DNA from: the human T2T-CHM13v2.0 reference genome, Homo sapiens
Reading direction: 5' to 3' (one strand)
DNA: 64,000 nucleotides
Assembly: GCF_009914755.1 (NCBI RefSeq)
Contig: NC_060929.1
Both the position numbers and the translations under genes were made by a program. The notes beneath the pieces are model-generated. The model had not been told where the DNA came from and searched no databases. It saw nothing but the letters and a program-made list of their open reading frames with translations. Positions 1 to 14,695 of this stretch are shown in pieces; within the stretch, counting starts at the first letter, position 1, and each line of letters begins with the position of its first letter.

Positions 1-129
1 TTTTTTAAAACTTTTTAGTCATTGCCCTAGACTTTGCAAAATACATTTACAACTAATCCAGTCCACTTTCAATAACACTATACCACTTCACTGATAGTAT
101 GAATACTTTATAATAACAAAATAATACTA

Positions 130-472
<343 letters not shown>

Positions 473-964
473 TTACATATAAGCATACAGAAATATAGAT
501 GCATATATAACTGAATACATTATTGTTATGTTTTTAACAAACTGATATCTGTTAGGTCAAGTAAGAAAAAGTTTTTATCTTCACTCACTCCTTAAATGTT
601 CTTCCTTTCTTTATACAGATCCAAGTATCTGACCTACATTATTTTCCTTCTCTCTAAAGAACTTACTTTAATATTTTTTGCAAGGCAAGTTTACTGATAA
701 CAAATTCCCTCAATTTCTGTTTGTCTGAGAAAGTCTTTATTTATCCTTCATTTTGGAAAAATAATTTTTCAGGGTACATAATTCTAGGATGAAAGCCTTT
801 TTTTCACTCAACACTTTATTTCACTCCATTCTCTTCTTGCTTGCATGATTTCTGAGGAAAAATTGGATGTTATTCTTATCTTTGCTCCTCTGTAGCTAAG
901 GTGCTTTTTCCTGTGGCTTCTTCCAGGACTTTTTCTTTATCTTTGATTTTCTTTCTTTTTTTAT

Positions 965-1804
965 TCTTCTTTTTTTTCCTTTTTTTTAGGGACGAGGTCT
1001 CACTATGCTGCCCTGGCTGATCTTGAACTCCCTAGCTAAGGCGATCCTCCTGCCTTGGCTTTCTAAAGTGCTAGGATTACAGGTGTGAGCCACCATGCCT
1101 GGCTTGATTTTCTGTAATTTAAAAATTATATGCTTAGGTGTAGTTTTGTGGAATTTGGTTTTGTTTTTGGCATTTATCCTCCTGCATGTTCTCGGAGCTT
1201 CCTGGATCTGTGGTTTGGTGTCTAACATCACTTTGGGAAAATTCTCAGTCATTATTGTTTCAAATATGTCTTCTTATCCCTTCTCTTTTTCTTCTTCTTT
1301 TGGTGTTCCCATTATGCGTATTTACATTTTTTGTAGTTGTCGCCATGTTCTTGGATATTCTGTTCTTTTTTTTTTCTTTCTTCAGTCTGTATGCTGTTTG
1401 CTTTTCAGTTTTGGAGGTTTCTATTGGAATATCCCCAAACTCAGAGATTCTCTACTCTTTCTTAGGATTTCCATCTCTGCTTGCATTGCCCACCTGGTTT
1501 GGGTTTTTGTTGTTGTTGTTGTTTGTCTGTTTTTTGAAATGGAATCTCACTCTGTCTCACAGGCTGGAGTGCAGTGGCACCATCTCAGCTCACCGCAACC
1601 TCTGCCTCCTGGGTTCAAGCAATTTTCCTGCCTCAGCCTCTGAGTAGCTGGGATTACAGGTGCATGCCACCATGCCCAGCCAATTTTTTGTATTTTTAGT
1701 AGAGACAGGGTTTCACCATGTTGGCCAGGCTGGTCTCAAACACCTGACCTCAGGTGATCCACCCTCCTGAGTCTCCCTACAGGCGTGAGCCACCGTGCCC
1801 AGCC
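965..1804 (-). mobile_element. FLAM (about 965-1103) and AluS (about 1505-1804) inserted in the L1M
   Basis: Reverse-complement Alu monomer and dimer sequence; ccacctggttt occurs on both sides of the second element. Confidence 0.9.
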
Positions 1805-1874
1805 AACCACCTGGTTTTGCATGTTATGTACTTTATCCATTAGAGTCCTTTGCATATTCATCATAGTTGTTTTA

Positions 1875-2298
1875 TTTTTTTTAACTGTCCAAAGTATTTG
1901 ATAATTGTTTATTTATCAAAGGAAACTATTTCTTAGCCCACATATTCATATTTCATAGTTCAGGAACACAGGTCAATGACAAACTTCTAGGTAATACAAC
2001 ACAAATAAATTCTTTATATTCTGAAATCACTTTGCACTTTCCTCATCTCCACAAAATTTTTCATGGGATTACAATTTTTTTAGAAATCTATAGATGCTTT
2101 CTTTCTGGGTTCAGCCACAGCAAAGTTATAAAGAGCTACAACAAATACTCCAACAATATGAAATCACAGACACTTGGTCAGAAGGCCAAGCAACTGAGGT
2201 TCTGTCAAAGCTCTGGAAGCCCTGGTAGTTACTGTTCTTAATTGGTATGTCAGTCTCAACACCAATGCCCTTCCTGGCTGATGGAGAAAGGGATGGCC
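1875..2298 (-). pseudogene. COX6C: Processed pseudogene of cytochrome c oxidase subunit 6C
   Basis: Minus strand from 2223 reads (AGG instead of ATG) ASRALTEPQLLGLLTKCL*FHIVGVFVVALYNFAVAEPRKKASIDF*KNCNPMKNFVEMRK. It is intronless with a COX6C-like 3'UTR (aatataaagaat...tacctagaagtttgtc...gggctaagaaatag), AATAAA at 1913-1908, a poly(A) remnant at 1875-1882 and a 13-bp TSD catagttgtttta at 1862-1874 and 2299-2311. Confidence 0.92.
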
Positions 2299-2857
2299 CA
2301 TAGTTGTTTTAAATTCCTGGTCTGATAATTTTAATATCCCTGTCATGTCTGGCTCTGATCCTTGCTCTGTCTCTTCAATTTGTGTTTTTGCCTTTTAGTA
2401 TGCCTTGTAATTTTACATTGATAGCCAGAAATGGTGTACTGAGTAAAAGGAACTCCTGTAAATAGGCCTTTAGTGATGTGGTAGGAAGGTGCGGAGAGCA
2501 GGGGAAGCATTCTCTATAGTGGGCTGGAATTAGGTATTTCCCTTTTCCTCAGCTAGTTAGGCTCTGATAATGCCCCAGCAGGTTAGGATCTGGTTAACTA
2601 GTTTCTACTTATTAAGAAGAACAGGGTGCTCTGGCATATTTCAAAATGCCTCCTTATCCCCTCCTCCTGCCAGAAGCATGAGAAGATTTTTCTCTGATAC
2701 TTCCTGTGAGAAGCTGGTCAAGCTCCTGGAGGTAAAACTCGCAAAAGTTGGGGGAATGGGTTATGAGTAGGTCCCCCTAGGTTTTTTAAACTGTCAGACT
2801 TGTCTGTACTGAGCCTTTAGCAATCTGTCAATTTCAGTTCAAGTTTTCCTATCCTGG

Positions 2858-2966
2858 CTGGCAGTGATTTCCATTCATGAGTCTCTGCTGTGGTAAATTA
2901 TGACTCCTACTGGTTCCTGGCAGTAATTTCCATTCATGAGTCTCTGCTCTGGTAAATCATGATTCC
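2858..2966. repeat. Tandem duplication, period 59 bp, inside the L1M 5' region
   Basis: ctggcagt(g/a)atttccattcatgagtctctgct(g/c)tggtaaat(t/c)atga(c/t)tcc at 2858 and 2917. Confidence 0.85.
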
Positions 2967-3159
2967 CTGGGATACCCTGTCTGTCTCTACAATCTTGGGG
3001 GAAGCAGTTTTCCCAGTGTTCCCAACTCTCTTGTAGATCCAAGAAGTGTTGCTGATTTTTCAGTCCATTCAGCTTTTCAATTGTTAGGATGAAGTGGCAA
3101 CTTCTAGGCTCATTACATATGAAACTGAAACCTGGAAGTCCTCATTAAAAAAAAATCTC

Positions 3160-3475
3160 CGCTGGGCGTGGTGGTTCACACCTGTAATCCCAATACTTTG
3201 GGAGGCCAAGGCGAGCAGATCACGAGGTCAGGAGATCGATACCATCCTGGCTAACACGGTGAAACCCTGTCTGTACTAAAAATACAAAAAATTAGCCAGG
3301 TACAGTGACACACACCTGTAGTCCCAGCTAGTCTAGGAGGCCGAGGCAGGAGAATTGCATGAACCTGGGAGGCGGGAGGCGGAGGTTGCGGTGAGCCGAT
3401 ATTGTGCCATGGCACTCCAGCCTGGGTGACAGAGCGAGACTCAGTCTCAAAAAAAAAACAAAACAACAACAAAAA
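3160..3475 (+). mobile_element. Alu (AluY/AluSc-type)
   Basis: Diagnostic GGAGATCGA.ACCATCCTGGCTAACACGGTGAAACCC. Confidence 0.9.
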
Positions 3476-3544
3476 AATACTCTATAAATCTGAATGAAAA
3501 AATATGGATTATTTCTTCCATTATTCAATAGACACATCTTTTTA

Positions 3545-4685
3545 AAAAAAAATGGGCAGGAGGCTTAAAGTGTCCCTTTATTTCACAAAAAAATAATATT
3601 CAAATGGCTAATGACATAAAAATACGCTCAAACTCATTAATAAACAGAGAAATCCAAATTAAAGCCTTAACAAGACAGTACTACACATTTCAATATAGCT
3701 TAAATTGAAATAATTAACAATACCAAGTGTTGATGAGGATGTGGAGCAAGGAAAGCTTGCATCCACTGCTGCAGGGAGTGTAAGTTGGTGTAAGTTTGGA
3801 AACTGGCTGGGCATGGTGGCTCACCCCAGTAATTTCAGCACTTTGGGAGGCTGAGGCGGGAGGATTGCTTGAGCTCAGGTGTTCCAGAGCAGCCTGGGCA
3901 GTATAGTGAGACCCTGTCTCTACAAAAAAGAAAAAATGTTTTTTAATTAACCAGGCACAGTGGTGGGTGCCTGTGGTCCCAGCTACTCGGGAGGCTGGGG
4001 TAGAAGGATCACTTGAGTCCAGGAGTTCGAGGCTGCAGTGAGCCATGATCGAGCCACTGCACTACTGCTTGAGAGACAGAGTGAGACTATGTCTCTTAAA
4101 AAAAAAAAAAGGAAACTATTTGATATTCCCTACTAAAGCTAAATATGTGAATATGCACATATCCTATGATACAGTAATTCCAGTCTTAGATATATATCTA
4201 ACAGACCAACAGAAATGTATCAAAATGTTTATTGCAATACATTTGTTATATCCAAAAACTAAGAATAGCAAAAATGCCCATCAACAATGGAATACATAAG
4301 TAAGTTGTAGTATATACATATAGTGGAACACTATACAGAAAGAAATAGCTATGTGGAGCAACATGTATGAATCTGAGAAGCACAACGATGAACAAGAGAA
4401 GCCACATGCTAACGATATACTACATGATTCCACTTACATAAAGTTTGAACAAGCATAGCTAAACTCTGGTGTTAAAGCCAAGAGATTGCCTTTGGGGTAA
4501 GGGAGGATGCAATGATTGGGATTGGGCATGAGAGGGGTTTCTGGTGTGTTAGCAATATTTACTTTGTTGCCTTGAAAGGTGATCAAGGAATGTATTTTGT
4601 GATAATCCAGTAAACTTCACTTTTATGGTTTGTATATTTTTTTGTTCCTTGTTTATATTTTAATTTTTAAGGTTCAAAATAAAAA
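3545..4685 (+). mobile_element. Old L1ME-like 3' end with an AluJ inserted at about 3805-4110
   Basis: L1 ORF2 C-terminal/3'UTR-like text (taccaagtgttgatgaggatgtggagcaa...aatgcccatcaacaatgg); TSD ggaaact flanks the Alu. Confidence 0.75.
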
Positions 4686-4949
4686 ATGAAATAGCTTGGT
4701 CGTGAAAAGCAGTAGAGAGCTAGGAGTACTGGACAGACTTAATATGTTTAAATGTGGCCAGAGGCACCTGCCTTGAGCAGTGGAAAACACCTCAGTCTCA
4801 GGCTGATGATACAGGAGAGAAACAACAATGGGCGGACCAAGCTCATCACTTATTTTCAGGAACACATTGTTTTCATATTTGCCCTTCCAGGTCCTGTACG
4901 AAAAACTGCTTCCACTAAACTAAATGATCAATTCATTTACATTAACATG

Positions 4950-5326
4950 TGATATGGTTTGGCTCTGTGTGCCCACCCAAATCTCATGTCGAATTGTAAT
5001 CCTCACATGTCAGGGGAGGTGGGAGGTGGGAGGTGATTGCCTCATGGGGGCGGATTTCCCCCATGCCGTTCTCGTGGTAGTGAGTGAGTTCTCATGAGAT
5101 CTGATTGTTTAGAAGTGTGGCACTCCCCCTCTCTCTCTCTTCTGCCACCAAGTGAAGAAGGTTCTTGCGTCCCCTTCACTTTCCTCCATGATTGTAAGTT
5201 TCCTGAGGCCTCCCAGTCATGCTTCTTGTTAAGCCTGTGGAACCATGAGTCAATTAAACCTCTTTTCTTCATGAATTACCCAGTCTCAGGTAGTTCTTTA
5301 TAGCAGTGTGAGAACGAACTAATACA
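4950..5326 (+). mobile_element. MaLR solo LTR (MSTB-like)
   Basis: Termini TGATATGGTTTGGCTCTGTGT...GAACTAATACA; exact 5-bp TSD ACATG at 4945-4949 and 5327-5331. Confidence 0.9.
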
Positions 5327-5649
5327 ACATGTAAATCCTGTAATTCTAGGGTTGTATGTGCTATTAGAGATCATATATTCCAATTACTCATCCAAGTGCA
5401 TAAAAAGACAGACAATAGCTTAACTAGTAACATCCCCAGGCTTAGATTGGACTGTAGACTAAATCTTCCACTATAGAAGTTAGGTGTCAGATTGCTAGGC
5501 TGGGGAGGAAATTTCAGTCCCCTGAAATCCTTTGTCTAGGTTTGGGCTGTGCTTGAATTGTTTCACTTTGAAGGAGATATTTTGCTTGGAGCTTTGAATC
5601 ATGTAAAGGTGAAAGATACTAAATCCTCAGAAGTTGTTCCAATTATCTT

Positions 5650-6280
5650 TTGCTGAACCATCCCAAGTTCAGTGGCATAAAACAGCAACCAGGATATTAT
5701 GCTCACAGATCCTGTTGGTCAACAATCTTGAAAGGGCACAGCTTGAGCAATTGTCTCTGTTCCATGAGGTCTGGGGCCTCAGCTAGGAAGACTCCAAAGC
5801 TAGTGTGGCAGGGGCAGAGGAGATAATGTGACTCAACACCTAGGTAGGATAATTGACTGTCTTGGTTTGCCCAGGACAGGAGGGAGTCAAGATAGTCCAT
5901 CTAGACTGGGGACTGCAGTCATCTGAAGACTCACTTATTAGATGTCCGGTCATTAATGTTGACTGTTGGCTGAGCACCTAATTGGAGTTATTGACAGGAA
6001 TACCTTCACATGGACACTCCATGTGGCATCTTGGGCATCCTCACAGCATGTTGGCCAGGTTCCAAAAGTAAGTGCCCCAAGGGAACCAGGCAGACTTCAT
6101 CACCACTTTCTGTGGTCTATTCTCAGAAGTCACATAGTGTCACCCAGTCACATTGAAGGGAAGGGATCATAGATACCACCTCTCTATAACAGAAGAGTCA
6201 AAGGCACAGCACGTCATAAGAAGAGCATGTGGGCTTGGAGATATTGTTGTGGCCATCTTTTGAAAATACAATCTGCCACA
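5650..6280 (-). mobile_element. Old MaLR LTR (MLT1G/H-like)
   Basis: Ends aaaatacaatctgccaca (reverse of TGTGGCAGATTGTATTTT); MLT1-type internal motifs (aagttcagtggcataaaacagcaacc, gctcacagat). Confidence 0.65.
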
Positions 6281-6430
6281 GTTGTATACAGAGCCCACTG
6301 AGACACTTCGGGGACTTGAGCATACATAGGTGGTGGGCATGGGGGAGAGGGAGCAAAAGAAATTCATTCTCTCAAATTCTTCTCACTATATTCCACATGT
6401 AATAAGTCAGTTTCTATCCCGTGGGTTTAA

Positions 6431-6727
6431 TTTTTTTTTTTTTCAGACGGAGTCTCGCTCTGTCACCCAGGCTGGAGTGCAGTGCCACAATCTTGGCTCA
6501 CTGTAGCCTCTGCCTCCGGGGTTCAAGTGATTCTCCTGCCTCAATCTCCTGAGTAGCTGGAATTATAGGCACCTGCAACCACACCCAGCTAATTTTTTGT
6601 CATTTTTAGTAGAGATGGGGTTTCACCATGTTGACCAGGCTAGTCTCGAACTCCCGACCTCAAGTGATCCACCTGCCTCGACCTCCCAAAGTGCTGGGAT
6701 TACAGACGTGAGCCACCGTGCTCAGCC
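6431..6727 (-). mobile_element. AluS
   Basis: Full reverse Alu with gtgggtttaa TSD. Confidence 0.95.
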
Positions 6728-6879
6728 CTGTGGGTTTAAATTTTTAACTATGGGCTAGAATTCAACAAAATAATGGGCAAAAATGGGGGCAACGTGGCTA
6801 GCAAGGTCACATATTCAAATTTCAGGTATGTTTTATACCTTTGGGTGACATTATATGAGCATCAAGTGGCATCTGATGT

Positions 6880-7070
6880 TGTAAGACTATCAGCTTAGGA
6901 GTCAGAGATTCTGTCTCTGCCTCCTCTGCTAGCACCTCCATTGATTCATCTTGTGACATTTGTCAACTCACTTTGCATCTCAGGTGCCTCATTTTTTGAA
7001 ATGAGAATGATAGCAGAACTTGAACTATCCACTTCACAGCCGTAGGAATCAAATAAGTATGAAAAACTGC
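6880..7070 (+). mobile_element. MIR remnant
   Basis: MIR-core-like text (ttgtgacatttgtcaactcacttt...gcctcattttttgaaatgagaatgatagcag). Confidence 0.6.
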
Positions 7071-7637
7071 CGCAGAAACATAAGGCATCACAGTATTACA
7101 GGCGTACCTCATTTTATTGCACTTTGTGGATTTTCTTTTGCAATGCTTTCATTATAGATACTGTATTTTTTACAAATTGAAGGTTTGTGGCAATCCTGGA
7201 TTGACCAAGTCCACTGGCACCATTTTTAACAGCACGTGCTCACTTGGTGTCACTGCATCCACATTTTGGTAATTCTCACAAGATTTCCAACTTTTTTATT
7301 ATTATTGTACCTGTTATGGTGATCTGTGATCAGTGATCTTTGATGTTACCATTGTAACTGTTTTGGGCTGCTATGAACCACGCTCATATGAGACAGTGAA
7401 CTTGATAAATGTTGTGTATCCTCTGACTGCTCCTCTGACTTGGCTGTTCCTCTTGTCTCTTTCCCTCTCCTCAGCCTCCCTATTCTCTGAGACACAATAT
7501 TAAAATTAGGCCAATTAGTAACCCCACCATGGCCTCCATGTGTTCAAGTGAAAGGAGGAATAACACATCTCTCACATTAAAACAAAAACTAGAAATGATT
7601 AAGCTTCGTGAAGAAGGCACATCTAAACCCAAGGCAG

Positions 7638-7953
<316 letters not shown>

Positions 7954-7984
7954 AAACCCAAGGTAGGCCAAAAGCTAGGCCTCT

Positions 7985-8806
7985 CCAACAAACATATGAA
8001 AAAAAGCTCATCATCACTGGTCATTAGACAAATGCAGATCAAAACCACAATGATATACCATCTCACACCAGTTAGAATGGCGATCATTAAAAAGTCAGGA
8101 AACAACAGGTGCTGGAGAGGATGTGGAGAAATAGGAACTCTTTTACACTGTTTATGGGAGTGTAAATTAGTTCAACCATTGTGGAAGACAGTGTGGTGAT
8201 TCCTCAAGGATCTAGAACCAGAAATACCATTTGACCCAGCAATCACATTACTGGGTATATACCCAAAGGATTATAGATCATTCTACTATAAAGACACATG
8301 CAAATGTATGTTTATTGAAGCACTATTCACAAGAGCAAAGACTTGCAACCAACCCAAATGCCCATCAATGATAGACTGGGTAAAGAAAATGTGGCACGTA
8401 AACACCATGGAATACTATGCAGCCATAAAAAAGGATGAGTTCATGTCCTTTGCAGGGACATGGATGAAGCTGGAAACCATCATTCTCAGCAAACTAACAC
8501 AGGAACAGAAAACCAAACACCACATCTTCTCACTCATAAGTGGAAATTGAACAATGAGAACACATGGACACAGGGAGGGGAACATCACACACAGGGGCCT
8601 GTTGGGGGTGAGGGGGCTAGGGGAGGAACAGGATTAGGAGAAATACCTAATGTAGATGATGGGTTAATGGGTGCAGCAAACCACCATGGCACGTGTATAC
8701 CTATGTAACAAACCTGCACACTCTGCACATGTATCCCAGAACTTAAAGTATAATTTAAAAAAAAAAATTTTAATAATAAAATATACAAACTTGGAATATA
8801 TAAAAA
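7985..8806 (+). mobile_element. 5'-truncated L1PA (L1PA7/8-like) inserted in Tigger1
   Basis: ORF2 C-terminus ([29 protein letters not shown]; MEYYAAIKKDEFMSFAGTWMKLETIILSKL), primate 3'UTR and poly(A); TSD aaaagc(t/c)aggcctct at 7970-7984 and 8807-8821. Confidence 0.93.
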
Positions 8807-9631
8807 AAAAGCCAGGCCTCTTGTGCCAAACAGCCAAGTTGTGAATGCAAAGGAAAAGTCCTTTTTTTTTTTTTTTTGAAAAGGTCTTGAAAAAAATTAA
8901 AAGTGCTACTCCAGTGAACAAATGAGTGATAAGAAAGCAAAACAGATACATTGCTGATTTGGAGAAAGTTTTAATAGATTAAACATCAAACCAGCCACAA
9001 CATTCCTGTAAACCAAACCTAATCCAGAACAAGGCCCTAACTCTTCAATTCTATGAAGGCTGAGAGAAGTGAAGAAGCTGCAGAAGAAAAGTTTGATGCT
9101 AGCAAAGGTTTAAGGAAAGAAGCCATCTTTATAACATCAAAGGCAAAGTGAAGCAACAAGAGCTGATGTAGAAGCTGCAAGTTATTCTGAAGATCTAGCT
9201 AAGACCATTGATGAAGTTGGCTATTATAAGCAGCACATTTTCAATGTAGATGAAACAGCCTTCTATTGGAAGAAGATGCCATCTAGGACTTTCATAGCTA
9301 GGCAGGAGAAGTCAATGCCTGGCTTCAAAGTTTCAAAGGACATGCTGACTTTCTTGTTAGGGGCTTATGCAGCTGATGACTTGAAGTTGAAGCTGGTGCA
9401 CACTTACCATTCCAAAAATCCTGGGTTCCTTAAGAATTATGATAAATCTACTCTGCCTGTGCTCCATAAATGGAACAAAAGAGCCTGTATGATAGCACAC
9501 CTGTTTACAGGATTGTTCATTGAATATTTTAAGCCCACTGTTGAGACCTATTGCTTAGAAAAAATGATTCATTTCAAAATATTACTGCTCATTGACAATG
9601 TACCTGGTCACCCAAGAGCTCTGATGGAGAT

Positions 9632-10219
9632 CGTGAGAAACAAACTTACCTCTCCAAACCCAAAGAATGGACTCAGAGACACAGGGAATAGTGGGAGCAA
9701 GATTTTTAATGACATTCTTGCAAGATCGGGTGTCTGATGCGCAGACACACACAGCATGGTTACAACAAGCCATTTATCCCCTAGTATACAGATCCCTCAC
9801 CTGGTTCCTCATAGGCTGAGTACTATGGGGTCACAATCTTTCCAGACGTCGCCTATTGGTTGTTAGGTAGGCGCTTTTAGGTGTCTTATTTAGGGTTATC
9901 TCACTGCATTTTGTTGCAGCCTACAATGCATTGCAATCACAGTCAGCTCAGGGGCTTTTCAAGTATTTGACTTATGACCTAGGTAGTCAGGCGAGCTGAT
10001 AGGAATAGATAAAGTGAGCTATTTTGCAGTCTAGTAAACTTTTATTCTAGATTAAACTTCTTTGGTTCTGATGAGGGCAACTAAGTGGGGCCCCAACAAG
10101 TAGGTGCTGGCTATTAAAGCAGGGGCCTAGTATATTCTGTCTTTCTGTAGTTTGCGGACCCAAGCCTATTCAAGGCACTTTGTCTTGGAAATGGACCATC
10201 ATATACATTATTTCCTTCA
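9632..10219 (-). mobile_element. ERV solo LTR (LTR18-like, ERVL) inserted in the Tigger1 transposase
   Basis: Interrupts Tigger1 ctgatggagat|gtacaggagattaatg. The minus strand starts TGAAGGAAATAATG and ends GAGTCCATTCTTTGGGTTTGG...GTTTCTCAC. TSD is imperfect and the subfamily is from memory. Confidence 0.7.
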
Positions 10220-10336
10220 CGATGTACAGGAGATTAATGTTGTTTTAATGCCTGCCAACACAGCATTCATTCTGTAACCCCTGGATCAGCAGTAATTTTG
10301 ACTTTCAAGTCTTATTTCTTAAGAAGTACATTTCCA

Positions 10337-10966
<630 letters not shown>

Positions 10967-11511
10967 TCAGTGTAAATAAGGTTAAAAAAAAAGTAAAAAT
11001 AAAAAAAGAATCTTCATTATTCAAGGGAAAAGTCAAAATATCAACATTAACAGGCATTCGGAAGGAGTTGATTCCAATCCTCATGGATAATTTTGAAAGG
11101 TTTAAAACTGCAGCAGAGGAAGTAACTGCAGATGTGCTGGAGATAGCAAGAGAATTAGAACTAGAAATTGATCCTGAAGATGTGACTGAATTACTGTAAT
11201 CTCATGATAGAACTTGAACAGATGAGGAGTTGCTTCTTATGAATGAGCAAAAAAAATGTGGTTTCTTGAGATGAAATCCACTCCTGGTGATGATGCCATG
11301 AACATTGTTGAAACGACAACAAAAGATTTAGAATATTACATAAATGTAGTTGATAAAGCAGCAGCAGAGTTTCAAAGGACAAACTCCAATTTTGAAAGAT
11401 TTACTGTGGGTAAAATGCTATCAAACAGCATTGTATGCTACAGAGAAATCTTTTACAAAAGAGTCAATCAACGTGGCAAACTTCATTGTTGTCTTATTTT
11501 AAGAAATTGCA

Positions 11512-11676
11512 GCTGGTTACAGTGGCTCACACTTGTAATCCCAGCACTTTTGAAGGCCAAGGAGGGAGGATCATTAGAGGCCAGCAGTTTGAGATTGTAA
11601 TAAACTATGACTGCACTGCTGTATTCCAGCTTGGGCAACAGAGTGAGACTCTGTCTCAAAAAAAAAAAAAAAAAAA
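11512..11676 (+). mobile_element. Short Alu (left-arm start joined to right-arm end) in Tigger1
   Basis: Alu 5' and 3' termini with poly(A); aaatt(g/a)c flanks. Confidence 0.8.
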
Positions 11677-12515
11677 TTACCACAGCTATTCCAACGTTCA
11701 GCAACCACCAACATTATCAGTCAACAACCATCAACACTGAGATAAGACCCTCCATGAGCAAAAAGATTATGACTTGTTGGAGGCTCAGATGATCATTTTT
11801 AAGTAACAACGTATTTTTAAATTAAAGTGTTTTTTTAACATAATGATTTACACATTTAATAGACTACAGTATAGTGCAAACATAACTTTTATATGCACTG
11901 GAAAACCAGAAAATTTGTGTTACTCACTTTATTGCAATATTGGCTTTATTGCAATGGTCTGGGACCAAACTCGCAATATCTCTGAGGTATGCCTGTATAT
12001 GGATGTGTCAAGTTTAGCATCTGCTGTCATCAGGAAAGCTAAGTATAGAAGCAAAAGCAGGAATAGCCCTGGATGGGAGTGCAGTAAAAATGACTTCGGG
12101 TCCCTGTAAGACCTGTAATTAAGACCTTGAGCCAAACTAATTACTTATCCTTGACTTAATAAGTTAAAACATTTTTGACAAAACAAGGACAAACAATTAG
12201 ATGAAAAAAACTGTGTGTAACTTATTAATACAACGATGCTATACATCAACTGAAGTCTAAGTATATTCCTTATTTTGGGGAAATAATATAGAAAAAGTAC
12301 AGTTCCTATGATTTTTACAAGATCCATAGCTGAACAAACTTTTAAATTTATTCCTATTTTATCTATCTAAAGATCTATTCTGCTGAAACTCATGATGCAG
12401 AAAATGGAGCATATTGCAGAAAAGGCTATACTGGGAAATAATTCAGAATGGAAAGGTAATAATCACAAGCAGCTGTGGAAAGTGGTTGTAAATAATTAAA
12501 TGAAAAAAAATGAGA

Positions 12516-14695
<2,180 letters not shown>

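Noticed and set aside
1095-1647. Hydrophobic 182-aa and 153-aa ORFs resembling membrane proteins
   Set aside because: Antisense translation of T-rich L1 ORF1 plus a reverse Alu.
9276-9737. 153-aa ORF with transposase motifs as a possible domesticated TIGD-like gene
   Set aside because: It is a mid-transposase fragment of the local Tigger1 that reads into the LTR insertion; upstream and downstream parts have stops, frameshifts and insertions.
12373-12455. Possible plus-strand exon (taaAG...AAG|GTAATA; one open frame SILLKLMMQKMEHIAEKAILGNNSEWK)
   Set aside because: Weak acceptor, no recognisable protein match and no partner exons.
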